Positions 29,685 to 39,395 of a stretch of 47,748 bases of DNA are shown in pieces. The notes under the pieces were generated by a model that ran no database searches, was not told the DNA's origin, and saw nothing but the letters and a program-made list of their open reading frames with translations. A program made the position numbers and the translations under genes. Position 1 is the first letter of the stretch. Each line of letters starts with the position of its first letter. Source of the stretch: Candidatus Zapsychrus exili. GTDB taxonomy: Bacteria; Omnitrophota; Gorgyraeia; Zapsychrales; Zapsychraceae. The DNA lies in assembly GCA_030765585.1 (NCBI GenBank), contig JAVCCJ010000023.1:1-47748 (forward strand), given 5' to 3'.

Positions 29685-30545
29685 TTAAGCCCTTGGATGT
29701 GCCTTATCATAAACTTTTTTTAATCTATCCGTTGTTACATGTGTATATATTTGTGTTGTTGATAAATTAACATGCCCCAATAGTTCCTGAACTGAGCGAA
29801 GGTCTGCTCCTCTATCTAATAAATGCGTAGCAAAAGAATGTCTCAAAACATGCGGTGAAATATTTTGAATCAAACTTGCAGCAAGCATATATTTATTTAC
29901 TATGTTTCGTACGCTCCTATCAGACAGTCTTGTTCCGCTCTTATTTAAGAATACAGCATCTTTTTTTTCTTTTCTACTATCTAAATATTCTTTAATTGCC
30001 ATTATTGCTTTATCGCCAACAGGAACCAATCTCTCTTTCTTTCCTTTTCCTTTAGCCTTTATAATATTTCCAATAAAATCAATATCAGAAATATCTAACC
30101 CCACCAATTCACTTACTCGCATTCCAGAGCTATAAAGAGCTTCCAATATAGCCTTATCCCTTTTTCCCGCCAAAGTTTTTTTGCTAGGAGCCTCTATAAA
30201 TTTAACCATGTCTTCTTCTGACATAAATTTAGGCAAAGGCTTATCCAATTTTGGTGACATTAAAAGAGTTGCAGGATTGTTTTTAACATGACCTTCTCTG
30301 TGAAGAAATTTAAAGAAACTTCTTAAAGATGAAAGCTTTCTAGAAAGAGTCCTTGGCTTATGATTATATGATCTTAGATGGGCAAGAAAACGTCTCAAGC
30401 GCAAATAGTCAACCTTTTCAATCTGAACATTATCAATGAACTTAAAAAATTCTTCTAAATCAAGACGATAATTCAAAATAGTATGTTCTGAGTAATTCTT
30501 TTCAATTTCAAGGTAGGAAAGAAACTTATCAATATAGCGGTTCAT
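29685..30545 (-). CDS. xerC: Chromosomal tyrosine recombinase XerC
   Basis: Catalytic residues R (SGMRVSE), K (GKGKKER), HVLRHS, LGH and Y (TQIYTH) are present; canonical dprA-topA-xerC order. Confidence 0.9.
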   Translation of the reverse strand: MNRYIDKFLSYLEIEKNYSEHTILNYRLDLEEFFKFIDNVQIEKVDYLRLRRFLAHLRSYNHKPRTLSRKLSSLRSFFKFLHREGHVKNNPATLLMSPKLDKPLPKFMSEEDMVKFIEAPSKKTLAGKRDKAILEALYSSGMRVSELVGLDISDIDFIGNIIKAKGKGKKERLVPVGDKAIMAIKEYLDSRKEKKDAVFLNKSGTRLSDRSVRNIVNKYMLAASLIQNISPHVLRHSFATHLLDRGADLRSVQELLGHVNLSTTQIYTHVTTDRLKKVYDKAHPRA

Positions 30546-30606
30546 ATTTTATAAAAGCATAATTGCGCATAAGCCTAGCTATTAAACTAGCTTAACTTTA
30601 TATGCG

Positions 30607-32598
30607 CTAATCGCTATCTCCTGAAGGGAGTTCATTAGCTACATAAGTACATTCAGGGTACTTGCTGCAACCATAAAAATGCATGCCTTTTTTAGATTTA
30701 CGCTTAATTAAATCTCCGCCACAATTCTCTTGAGGACATTTAACTCCGGATGTAAATGGTTCGGCAAATTTACACTTAGGAAAACCTGAACAGCTTAAAA
30801 ACTTACCTCTTCTGCCCCATTTAATAGCCATTTTACAACCACACTCGGGACACTCTTTATCTATAAAATTTTCCTGTTTTACTATGTTTTGATCAGCATA
30901 ATCTAATTCTTCTTTAAATGGCTTATAAAACTCCTGCAATAAATCAGCGTAATGCAAGTTTCCCTCTTCTATCAAGTCAAGATGTTCCTCCATAAGGGCA
31001 GTAAATCCTACATCCATAATCTTAGGAAAATATTCAATCAATAAATCACAAATAAGAGTTCCTAGTTCAGTAGGTTTAAAATAACCTCTATCACGAACAA
31101 CATAATTACGTAATACAAGCGTTAGTATAATTGATGCATACGTGCTAGGACGCCCTATTCCATCCTCTTCTAAAGCCTTAACCAAACTAGCATCAGAAAA
31201 ACGAGGTGGCGGTTTAGTGAAATGTTGTGTTGGATTTGTGTCAATTAAAGAAAGCTTATCATCTTGAGCATAATGAGAAAAATCGACCTTAACATCTTGA
31301 TCTTTATCATCATCTTCTTCGCCATCAACCTTTACATCTGCGTTAACAGCCAAAAATCCATCAAATGCAAGCGTAGAACCAGATGCCCCAAGCTGAAAGC
31401 GACCTGCTATGATTTCAATCTTTTTAGCAATATAAACAGCTGGTACCATTTGTGAACTTACAAACCTGTTCCAAATAAGCTCATAAAGCTTATACTGATC
31501 TGAATCAAGAAATTTCCTTATATCTTCAGGCCTAAAATTAACATTCGCTGGTCTAATTGCCTCATGCGCTTCTTGTGCTGACTTTTTAGATTTATATTTA
31601 TTTGGTGTTTCAGGCAAATACTTCTCACCGTAATTTTCTTTAATAAAACCTCTCACGCTATCTATAGCCTCATTAGATACATTAACAGAATCAGTTCTCA
31701 TATAGGTTATAAGACCTTCTGTCTGACCGTCTCCTAAATCAATACCTTCATAAAGCTGCTGAGCTGTTCTCATCGTCTTTGATGCGTTAAATCTAAGCTT
31801 GTTAAATGCGTCCTGCTGCATCGTGCTTGTTTTAAACGGAGGACTTGCTTTTCTATTTATTTCTTTTTCTGAGACTTGAGATACATTAAATTCCTGTGAC
31901 TTTATTTCTTCTACTATATTTAATGTATCTTGCTCAGAACATAGCTCAAACTTTTCGTTGTCTATTTTTTCTAGAATAGCTGGCAAGATATCTTCATATT
32001 CTTGCTTTTTTAGATCTACCTTTATCTTCCAGTATTCTTTAGGCACATACACTTCTATCTCTTTTTCCCTCTCAACTATAATACGCAACGCAACCGATTG
32101 AACTCTTCCAGCGCTTAATCGTGAACCTACCTTCCTCCATAAAATAGGACTTATTTTATATCCTACTATTCTATCTAAAACGCGACGCGTTGTTTGAGCT
32201 TCTATTTTCTTGCTATCAAATTCCCTAGGATGCTCAAACGCCTTAAGCACAGCGGTCTTTGTAATCTCTTGAAAAGTAACTCTATATATTTTCTTACCCT
32301 TACCTATATGATTTATAAGATTAAAACCTATCGCCTCACCCTCTCTGTCAGGGTCGGTTGCAACATATATCTCTTTAGCTTTCTCGCTATCTTTTTTTAA
32401 TTTTGTTAATATTTTTTGTTTACTACGCACTACAATAAACTTTGGTTCAAAATTATTCTCTATATCTACCCCTAAAGTAGACCTTGGAAGGTCTATCAAA
32501 TGCCCCATAGATGAAGTAACTTTAAATTTAGGTCCTAAAATTTTATTAATAGTTTTAACTTTTGTAGGAGACTCAACTATAACTATCGCTTTTACCAT
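30607..32598 (-). CDS. topA: Type IA DNA topoisomerase I with two C-terminal Zn ribbons
   Basis: IVESPTK, ATDPDREGE, SAGRVQS, ITYMRTDS, AHEAIRP, GIGRPSTY, CxxC pairs. Confidence 0.97.
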   Translation of the reverse strand: MVKAIVIVESPTKVKTINKILGPKFKVTSSMGHLIDLPRSTLGVDIENNFEPKFIVVRSKQKILTKLKKDSEKAKEIYVATDPDREGEAIGFNLINHIGKGKKIYRVTFQEITKTAVLKAFEHPREFDSKKIEAQTTRRVLDRIVGYKISPILWRKVGSRLSAGRVQSVALRIIVEREKEIEVYVPKEYWKIKVDLKKQEYEDILPAILEKIDNEKFELCSEQDTLNIVEEIKSQEFNVSQVSEKEINRKASPPFKTSTMQQDAFNKLRFNASKTMRTAQQLYEGIDLGDGQTEGLITYMRTDSVNVSNEAIDSVRGFIKENYGEKYLPETPNKYKSKKSAQEAHEAIRPANVNFRPEDIRKFLDSDQYKLYELIWNRFVSSQMVPAVYIAKKIEIIAGRFQLGASGSTLAFDGFLAVNADVKVDGEEDDDKDQDVKVDFSHYAQDDKLSLIDTNPTQHFTKPPPRFSDASLVKALEEDGIGRPSTYASIILTLVLRNYVVRDRGYFKPTELGTLICDLLIEYFPKIMDVGFTALMEEHLDLIEEGNLHYADLLQEFYKPFKEELDYADQNIVKQENFIDKECPECGCKMAIKWGRRGKFLSCSGFPKCKFAEPFTSGVKCPQENCGGDLIKRKSKKGMHFYGCSKYPECTYVANELPSGDSD

Positions 32599-32613
32599 TC
32601 AAATTTCCTCTTT

Positions 32614-33723
32614 CTAACGTATAAATAACTTTCCAGGTAACTGTTTTACCATTCTTCTTAATTCTAATTTCATCAAAACCGATGCCATAAGGGCTGGCGC
32701 AAGACCACATTTTTTAGTAATTTCATCAACGTGTAATGGCCTATCACTAACATACCCATAAATAAATTCCTCTTCTTTATTTAAACTAGACGAAGAAGAA
32801 TTGTAATTCTTAACTTCTTTTTTATCTTCTGATTCCTTCAAGAACTCAGATATTCCCAACTCAATGTCTTCTAAGACATCATCAACACAAGTAACTAATT
32901 TAGCTCCTTGCTTTATAAGATTGTTTACTCCTTTAGATGCTAAGCTATCTATTTTGCCTGGAATAGCAAAAACATCTTTGCCTTGCTCTAATGCAAAATC
33001 TGCTGTAATCAATGCTCCGCTTCTTTGTGCCGCCTCGACAACTATAACGCCTAACGATAGGCCACTAATTATTCTATTGCGTCTTGGAAAATTAAAAGGC
33101 AATGGTTGAGTCTCCATTGGAAACTCTGATATAACAGCGCCAGTTTTAGATATCTCTTCAAACAACTTCCTGTTCTCAGGAGGATATACTCCAGCTAAAC
33201 CATTTCCTAAAACTGCAACTGTTGTGCCCTTTGATCTTAAAACTCCTCGATGAGCTGCAGTATCTATACCTCTTGCCATACCAGATACAACATTTATTCC
33301 TAAAAGACTAAGTTCGCGAGCAAACTTCTCGGCGATTGAAATTCCATAAAAAGATGCCTTTCTAGACCCAACAATAGCTAAAGACATTTTGTTATGTTTT
33401 GAAATATCTCCTCTAACATAAAGAACAATTGGAGCATCAGGTATTTCAAGCAAACTCCTCGGATAATCTTTATCCTTACAAGTTATAACTTTAACCTGAT
33501 TTTTATTTATAAGATTATATTCGTTTTTAAGAAAAATGTCTTTAGAAAAGTCGAGAATATTTTGTATTGTTTTTTCAGGTAATATATTACTATCTTCTAA
33601 ATCTTTTTTACCTAAAGATAAAACCTTCTCAGCAGATCCATAAAAGTCTAGCATCTTTCTAATCCGTATATTACTCAAACCGGATATAGCGTTTAAAACT
33701 AAAAAAGATTCAATCTCATTCAT
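32614..33723 (-). CDS. dprA: DNA-processing protein DprA/Smf
   Basis: AIVGSR, VSGMARGID..AH, FPRRNRIISG, SGALITA, C-terminal winged helix. Confidence 0.96.
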   Translation of the reverse strand: MNEIESFLVLNAISGLSNIRIRKMLDFYGSAEKVLSLGKKDLEDSNILPEKTIQNILDFSKDIFLKNEYNLINKNQVKVITCKDKDYPRSLLEIPDAPIVLYVRGDISKHNKMSLAIVGSRKASFYGISIAEKFARELSLLGINVVSGMARGIDTAAHRGVLRSKGTTVAVLGNGLAGVYPPENRKLFEEISKTGAVISEFPMETQPLPFNFPRRNRIISGLSLGVIVVEAAQRSGALITADFALEQGKDVFAIPGKIDSLASKGVNNLIKQGAKLVTCVDDVLEDIELGISEFLKESEDKKEVKNYNSSSSSLNKEEEFIYGYVSDRPLHVDEITKKCGLAPALMASVLMKLELRRMVKQLPGKLFIR

Positions 33724-34228
33724 CAGATAATAATTTTATTATTTCAGCACAAATTTGTTTTGGCTCTTTATTGTCGGTTTCTATTATGTAATTAGCCTGT
33801 TTATAATAAAGAGTTCTCGCGGCTAAGAGTTCTTTTATCTTCTTTCGAGGGCTTTTAACGTTTAGTAGTGGCCTATGTTTCTCATCTTTTACACGACTAT
33901 ATATAGCATCAGCTGTCGCTGACAAATAGACCAAAATCCCACCTTTTTTCAAATTACTTATATTCTTTGAATTTAATACAACACCTCCTCCGCAATCAAT
34001 AATAACGTTTTTCATCTTTGAAGCTTTTTCAATGACAGCACCTTCAATCTTTCTAAAATACTGTTCACCAGAATCTTCAAATATCTTTGCTACCTTTTTT
34101 CCTTCTTTTTTCTCAATAAGATCATCTGAAGATATAATCTCTCTATCAAGCAATTTACCTAACTCTTTAGATATCAAAGACTTGCCAGCTCCCATAAATC
34201 CAACCAAAGAAATATTTTTGTCTTGCAT
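33716..34228 (-). CDS. aroK: Shikimate kinase
   Basis: LVGFMGAGKS, GEQYFR, GGGVV, RPLL. Confidence 0.95.
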   Translation of the reverse strand: MQDKNISLVGFMGAGKSLISKELGKLLDREIISSDDLIEKKEGKKVAKIFEDSGEQYFRKIEGAVIEKASKMKNVIIDCGGGVVLNSKNISNLKKGGILVYLSATADAIYSRVKDEKHRPLLNVKSPRKKIKELLAARTLYYKQANYIIETDNKEPKQICAEIIKLLSDE

Positions 34229-34279
34229 ATTCTAAAACCCCCTTTTTGCCCTTAAAAGTAGGGCTTTAACTAATGGTGA

Positions 34280-34308
34280 ATTTTAACACAAGGCGAGAAA
34301 GCTGTCAA
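34280..34308 (-). promoter_or_regulatory. Near-consensus sigma70 promoter upstream of aroK-dprA-topA
   Basis: TTGACA, 17-nt spacer ending TGT, then TAAAAT (extended -10) on the minus strand. Confidence 0.75.
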
Positions 34309-34346
34309 TTAATCAAAAATAAGCACTAACATTGTCATAAATACAC

Positions 34347-34373
34347 AAAAAAGCCTGGCTTTAAAACCAGGCT
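34347..34373 (-). terminator. Rho-independent terminator after pilD
   Basis: Minus strand reads AGCCTGG-ttttaaag-CCAGGCT-TTTTT. Confidence 0.75.
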
Positions 34374-34405
34374 CATATATTTATTATAATACTTATATTA
34401 TTTAT

Positions 34406-35224
34406 TTAATAGAGGCCATAACCACTCATAATGAACATGATTATTTTATCCCCCCAAAATAAGCTTATTAAAGCTCCAAGCACAAGAAATGGACCATAAG
34501 GTATAGTATTATCCTTTGTTCTTATCTTCTCAATTATTCCAAATATTGCTCCAAAAAATGGAGCAATAAAGAATGCTAGCAAAGCTATCTGCCATCCTAA
34601 GAAAGCGCCAATCATTGCCAATAGTTTTACATCTCCTCCGCCCATAGACTCTTTCTTAAATAAAAAGTCCCCTAAAACTCCCATAGCATAAATACATCCG
34701 CCTCCTATTAAAACCCCCAAAATAGACAAACCAAAGGAATGAAAATATGCCAATATTGGATATTCTAAATTAGGCATTACTCCATGCAATTTAGGTATAA
34801 ATAAACTAAAAATCAAACCAGCGCACATACCCCCCACACTTGCTTCATCAGGAATAATTCTGTGCTCAAAATCAACAAAAGTGGCAATTATAAAGCAGGA
34901 TATCATTACCAAATAAGGCAGAAGAAGTATGTCCAATCCCAAATAAAGATATAATCCTAAAAAAGAAAACCCAGTAAGAAATTCTACTAAAAAATATCTT
35001 AGAGATATTTTATCCTTACAATGCCTACATTTACCTGCTAAAAATATATAGCTTAAAAGAGGAACGTTGTCATACCAAACTATTGGCTTCTTGCAAGAAG
35101 GACAATGTGATCCAGGAAAAACCACTGATTTCTCATGAGGCATTCTTACTATGCAAACATTAAGAAAGCTACCTATGATAATTCCTAATAAAAAAATAAA
35201 TGAACCTATGATATGCTCCATCAT
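34406..35224 (-). CDS. pilD: Type IV prepilin peptidase (A24, with N-terminal Zn domain)
   Basis: GSFLNV, SHCPSC, GKCRHC, D...RIIPD, MGGGDVKL, IPYGPFL. Confidence 0.95.
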   Translation of the reverse strand: MMEHIIGSFIFLLGIIIGSFLNVCIVRMPHEKSVVFPGSHCPSCKKPIVWYDNVPLLSYIFLAGKCRHCKDKISLRYFLVEFLTGFSFLGLYLYLGLDILLLPYLVMISCFIIATFVDFEHRIIPDEASVGGMCAGLIFSLFIPKLHGVMPNLEYPILAYFHSFGLSILGVLIGGGCIYAMGVLGDFLFKKESMGGGDVKLLAMIGAFLGWQIALLAFFIAPFFGAIFGIIEKIRTKDNTIPYGPFLVLGALISLFWGDKIIMFIMSGYGLY

Positions 35225-36084
35225 TTTGAACCTTCCTCTAAAGCTTTGCGCATTTTGCTTTTTGTTGTATCATCTAAATCTAATTCAGCCCAATGCTGAA
35301 AAGCAAGAACTCCTTGATAATAAAGCATCCCTAAACCATTCGCTGTTTGAGCACCTACTTTTTCTGCTAATTTAAGAAGCTTTGTTTTTCTCGGATTATA
35401 AACAAGATCATAAACCAACATATTTGAATGAAACAACTCTTCTTCTATTAAAACAGGGTCGTCATCCTTCATTCCGATAGGAGTACAGTTTATAAGCAAA
35501 TCTGACAATTCAATATTTAAATCATCAATTGCTTGTACGGACTCAACAATACTTAAGTCAATTCTTTCTTTTAAATCAGATATCAGAAGACTACATTTTT
35601 CTTTATCTATATCAAAAATCTTAATAGATTCAGGACGCTCAGGCATTAAACATAAAACACTTACAATCGCTCTTGCAGCACCACCTGCCCCTAAGATAAC
35701 TACTCTTTTATTATCAGCTGAAAAACCAAGCTCGCCAAGATGAGCTAAAAACCCTGGACCATCAGTATTATACCCTATCAACTTTCTTTCTGAAGATATA
35801 ACAATAGTGTTTACAGCCATTACTTTTTTTGCAAAAGGTGTCAAAGTGTCTAAATATTTTATAACTTTTTCCTTATAAGGAATTGTTACATTTAAACCAA
35901 ATATAGAGCTTTTATCATCTTTTAGCGACGATAAAAACGAATCTAACTCTTCTTCCTTCAAAGAAAAAAGTTCGTATGATGCATCCACATCCAACTCATT
36001 AAATGCAGTATTGTGCATAAGTGGAGACAGGCTGTGCTTAACAGGATATCCTATAAGACCATATATTGATTTATTTTGATCCAT
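35221..36084 (-). CDS. aroE: Shikimate dehydrogenase
   Basis: HSLSP.MHN, NVTIPYK, AVNT, NTDG.G, GAGGAARA, DLVYNP, GLGML. Confidence 0.96.
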   Translation of the reverse strand: MDQNKSIYGLIGYPVKHSLSPLMHNTAFNELDVDASYELFSLKEEELDSFLSSLKDDKSSIFGLNVTIPYKEKVIKYLDTLTPFAKKVMAVNTIVISSERKLIGYNTDGPGFLAHLGELGFSADNKRVVILGAGGAARAIVSVLCLMPERPESIKIFDIDKEKCSLLISDLKERIDLSIVESVQAIDDLNIELSDLLINCTPIGMKDDDPVLIEEELFHSNMLVYDLVYNPRKTKLLKLAEKVGAQTANGLGMLYYQGVLAFQHWAELDLDDTTKSKMRKALEEGSK

Positions 36085-36164
36085 AAATATTTTAACTTTC
36101 TTACAAATTAAACAAGTTTATTTCTACAAAAAACTTTCATCTTTCACGAAAAAAATTAAATCCA

Positions 36165-37682
36165 CTAAGACTCTTTAGATAGTGCTTTATTAACCGCGTT
36201 TATATACGCCTTAGCAGAAGCTTCCAATATGTCTGTACTTATTCCATGGGCAACTATGGTTTTTCCCTTTATCTTAACCCTAACAGTAACTTCTCCTAAA
36301 GCATCTTTTCCTCGAGTAACCGAATGTATCGAATAGTCCAATAATTCACCTTTTATTTTAACTATAGAGTCAATTGAATTATAGCATGCATCAACTGGCC
36401 CATCGCCAGACGAAACCTTTTTAAAAGTCTTGCCCTTATGTTTTAAAGCAACCTCTACTTCTGGTTCAACATTTGTTCCGCTATGTGCTTCAAGGCTAAT
36501 TAAATTCCAAACTTTTTGAAACACTTTAACTTCATCTTCAACTATAGCAAGCAAATCCTCGTCATAGACTTGTTTCTTTTTATCTGCGACACTTTTAAAA
36601 CGAACAAAAGCCTTATCTATTTCAGAATCTTTTAATTTGATTCCTAACAATTTTAATCTTTCTTTAAATGCATGACGTCCAGAATGTTTTCCTAAAACTA
36701 AACCAGTCTCCACAAATCCTACATCTGCTGGAGTCATGATTTCATATGTTGAACGTTCCTTTAATACTCCATCTTGATGTATCCCGGCCTCATGCCTAAA
36801 AGCATTATTTCCAACTATAGCTTTATTAGGAGCAACCACAAAACCTGTAAATTTACTAACCAAACGTGATGTTCTGCAAATTTCACGTGTTTTAATAGAG
36901 GTTACACATTTATAAAAATCTTCCCTTGTCTTTAATGCCATAACAATTTCTTCCATAGATGCATTTCCTGCACGCTCCCCAACACCATTTACAGTACATT
37001 CCACTTGTCTTGCTCCATTAGATATAGCCTCTAAAGAATTAGAAACACTCAATCCTAAATCATTGTGGCAATGAACAGAAACAATTGCTTTATTTATGTT
37101 AGGAACATTATTTTTAATATCAGATATTAACTGCCCAAATTGAGAAGGTACACCATATCCTACGGTATCTGGAATATTTACTGTTTTTGCACCTACTTTT
37201 ATAACTTCCTCTACTATACGATACAAAAATTCTTTTTCAGTTCTTGATGCATCTTCTGGAGAAAATTCTACGTCAGACACCTTATCTCTTGCATATTTAA
37301 CAGCATCAACTGCCATTTTAACAATTTCATCTTTACTCTTTTTTAACTTATGTTTCATATGTATCTTCGATGTTGCCAAAAACACATGTATTCTTTTCTT
37401 TCTAGCTGGTTTTAAAGCAAGAGCTGCTGCATCAATGTCTTTTTTTATTGAACGCGCTAAACCACAAACATAAGAATTTTTTATATTACGAGCAACAGTC
37501 TTAACAGCATTAAAGTCTCCGTCGGATATAACAGGAAACCCTGCTTCTATTATATCAACACCCATTCTCTCTAAAGCAAAAGCTATTTCTAACTTTTCTT
37601 TTTCGTTCATACTTGCACCAGGAGCTTGCTCTCCATCTCGCAAAGTTGTATCAAATATCAATACTTTATCTTTTCTTTTCAT
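36165..37682 (-). CDS. leuA: 2-isopropylmalate synthase
   Basis: FDTTLRDGEQ, HCHNDLG, GERAGNA, HEAGIHQDG, GKHSG, C-terminal regulatory domain. Confidence 0.96.
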   Translation of the reverse strand: MKRKDKVLIFDTTLRDGEQAPGASMNEKEKLEIAFALERMGVDIIEAGFPVISDGDFNAVKTVARNIKNSYVCGLARSIKKDIDAAALALKPARKKRIHVFLATSKIHMKHKLKKSKDEIVKMAVDAVKYARDKVSDVEFSPEDASRTEKEFLYRIVEEVIKVGAKTVNIPDTVGYGVPSQFGQLISDIKNNVPNINKAIVSVHCHNDLGLSVSNSLEAISNGARQVECTVNGVGERAGNASMEEIVMALKTREDFYKCVTSIKTREICRTSRLVSKFTGFVVAPNKAIVGNNAFRHEAGIHQDGVLKERSTYEIMTPADVGFVETGLVLGKHSGRHAFKERLKLLGIKLKDSEIDKAFVRFKSVADKKKQVYDEDLLAIVEDEVKVFQKVWNLISLEAHSGTNVEPEVEVALKHKGKTFKKVSSGDGPVDACYNSIDSIVKIKGELLDYSIHSVTRGKDALGEVTVRVKIKGKTIVAHGISTDILEASAKAYINAVNKALSKES

Positions 37683-37684
37683 TT

Positions 37685-38302
37685 TTATAGTTCCTTCTCC
37701 TTAAAGCTTCTTATTTTTTCTTCAACGTATCCAAGGGTAACATACTCACACCCTGTACCAAACTTATTTGCATGTGAATATATTTTTATGTCCTTAATGT
37801 CGTCAAACTCTAGGTGTTTTACTTTCTTTCCAATCAATCTTATGTTCAAGCCTTTGGTTTGCACTTCTTGTGGCTCTATGCCAAAAGTTGTTACAAAATC
37901 AATTAATGTCTTCTTTGAATAGCCCCATTTATGATTTCCAAAGTGACCTATATAGGTTTTTGAAGCTAATAAGTTCTCTCCAAAAATAAAATCAACAAAA
38001 TTATCATAACCGAATTTAAAATATTTAAAAAGGATTTTTTTTAAGTTCGGAACCTGAACATTAACAGTACCTCCTACCTTTAAAACCCTAACCCACTGAT
38101 AGAATACAACAAAACGAAGATACTTATCAAAGTGTTCTAATAAATCCTCTGCCAATATCTCATCAACTGTATTGTCCTGATAAGGCAAAGGCTGGCTTAT
38201 GTCTAAAGCTAAATCTGGACAAAGATCCTTAACGGAATCTATGTTGACCCAACCATTGATTTTATTATTACCACAACCAAGATGTAATTTAACTTTATCC
38301 AT
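37685..38302 (-). CDS. Class I SAM-dependent methyltransferase-like protein
   Basis: Likely start MDKVK at 38302. LHLGCG, W.NID, LPY.D..VD, LEH, RVLK.GG, VPN. Confidence 0.8.
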   Translation of the reverse strand: MDKVKLHLGCGNNKINGWVNIDSVKDLCPDLALDISQPLPYQDNTVDEILAEDLLEHFDKYLRFVVFYQWVRVLKVGGTVNVQVPNLKKILFKYFKFGYDNFVDFIFGENLLASKTYIGHFGNHKWGYSKKTLIDFVTTFGIEPQEVQTKGLNIRLIGKKVKHLEFDDIKDIKIYSHANKFGTGCEYVTLGYVEEKIRSFKEKEL

Positions 38303-38308
38303 AAATAT

Positions 38309-38348
38309 AAAAAGCCACAAAGTCACATGCAATCTGTGACCTTGTGGC
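38309..38348 (-). terminator. Terminator-like hairpin after ilvC
   Basis: Minus strand reads GCCACAAGGTCACA-gattgca-TGTGACTTTGTGGC-TTTTT (14-bp stem with one G-U pair). Confidence 0.65.
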
Positions 38349-38367
38349 CTATGAGTTGCGTGTTATT

Positions 38368-39357
38368 TTATTCCATCCAAGGCATCAGCTTACGTAAAGT
38401 GTTTCCTATTGCTTCTATAGGATGCTTTGCTGATTCTTCTCTATATTTATCCAGATTTACACGTCCTTTTTTATTTTCTCGTATCCATTCACGAGCAAAT
38501 TTTCCAGACTGAATCTCTGCTAATATCTTTTTCATTTCTTTTCTTGTTCTATCAGTAACTACTCTTGGACCTCTAGAATAATCACCGTATTCGGCCGTAT
38601 CAGATACTCTTTTTCTCATTCCATCAATACCAACCTTGCAAATAAGGTCTGTAATCAGTTTGAGCTCGTGTAAGCATTCATAATAAGCTATTTCTGGTTG
38701 ATATCCAGCATCAACTAGAGTTTCAAAACCAGCTTTAACTAACTCAGATACTCCACCACAAAGAACTACTTGTTCGCCAAATAAGTCTGTTTCTGTTTCT
38801 TCTTTAAACGTAGTCTCAATTACTCCAGCTCTTGTTCCGCCTAAACCTTTAGCGTAAGCCAAAGCTTCTGCTAGAGCATTACCTGATGCATCCTGATAGA
38901 TCGCAACTAAACAAGGAACACCTTTACCTTCTTCATATTGTTCGCGAACCAAAGCTCCTGGTCCTTTCGGAGCTATCATCCAAACGTCTACATCTTCTGG
39001 AGGAACAATTTGCTCAAAATGAATATTAAACCCATGAGAAAAAACCAATGACTTGCCTTGCTTCAATTGTCTTTTTATAGATTTCTTATAAACAAATGCT
39101 TGAACATGATCTTGAGTTAATATTTGAATTATATCAGCTTTTTTTGCAGCTTTTTTTGCATCCATTGGTTTAAAACCGTCGTCTATAGCTATTTGATAGT
39201 TTGGAGACTCTTCTATCTCGCTTACGATAACATTTAACCCACTGTCTTTCAAATTAAGCGCTTGGCTTCTTCCTTGGATACCATACCCTATGATGGCAAT
39301 TATTTTATCTTTTAAAATATCTAAGTTTGCATCATTATCGTTATACATTTTTGGCAT
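38368..39357 (-). CDS. ilvC: Ketol-acid reductoisomerase
   Basis: [37 protein letters not shown]. Confidence 0.97.
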   Translation of the reverse strand: MPKMYNDNDANLDILKDKIIAIIGYGIQGRSQALNLKDSGLNVIVSEIEESPNYQIAIDDGFKPMDAKKAAKKADIIQILTQDHVQAFVYKKSIKRQLKQGKSLVFSHGFNIHFEQIVPPEDVDVWMIAPKGPGALVREQYEEGKGVPCLVAIYQDASGNALAEALAYAKGLGGTRAGVIETTFKEETETDLFGEQVVLCGGVSELVKAGFETLVDAGYQPEIAYYECLHELKLITDLICKVGIDGMRKRVSDTAEYGDYSRGPRVVTDRTRKEMKKILAEIQSGKFAREWIRENKKGRVNLDKYREESAKHPIEAIGNTLRKLMPWME

Positions 39358-39395
39358 TTCTTTTTCTCCTTACTTTTAAAGTTTTCTTAAAGTTA

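Noticed and set aside
29685..30545. Tyrosine recombinase as a phage or island integrase
   Set aside because: Size, motifs and the dprA-topA-xerC context indicate housekeeping XerC; there is no cargo or att duplication.
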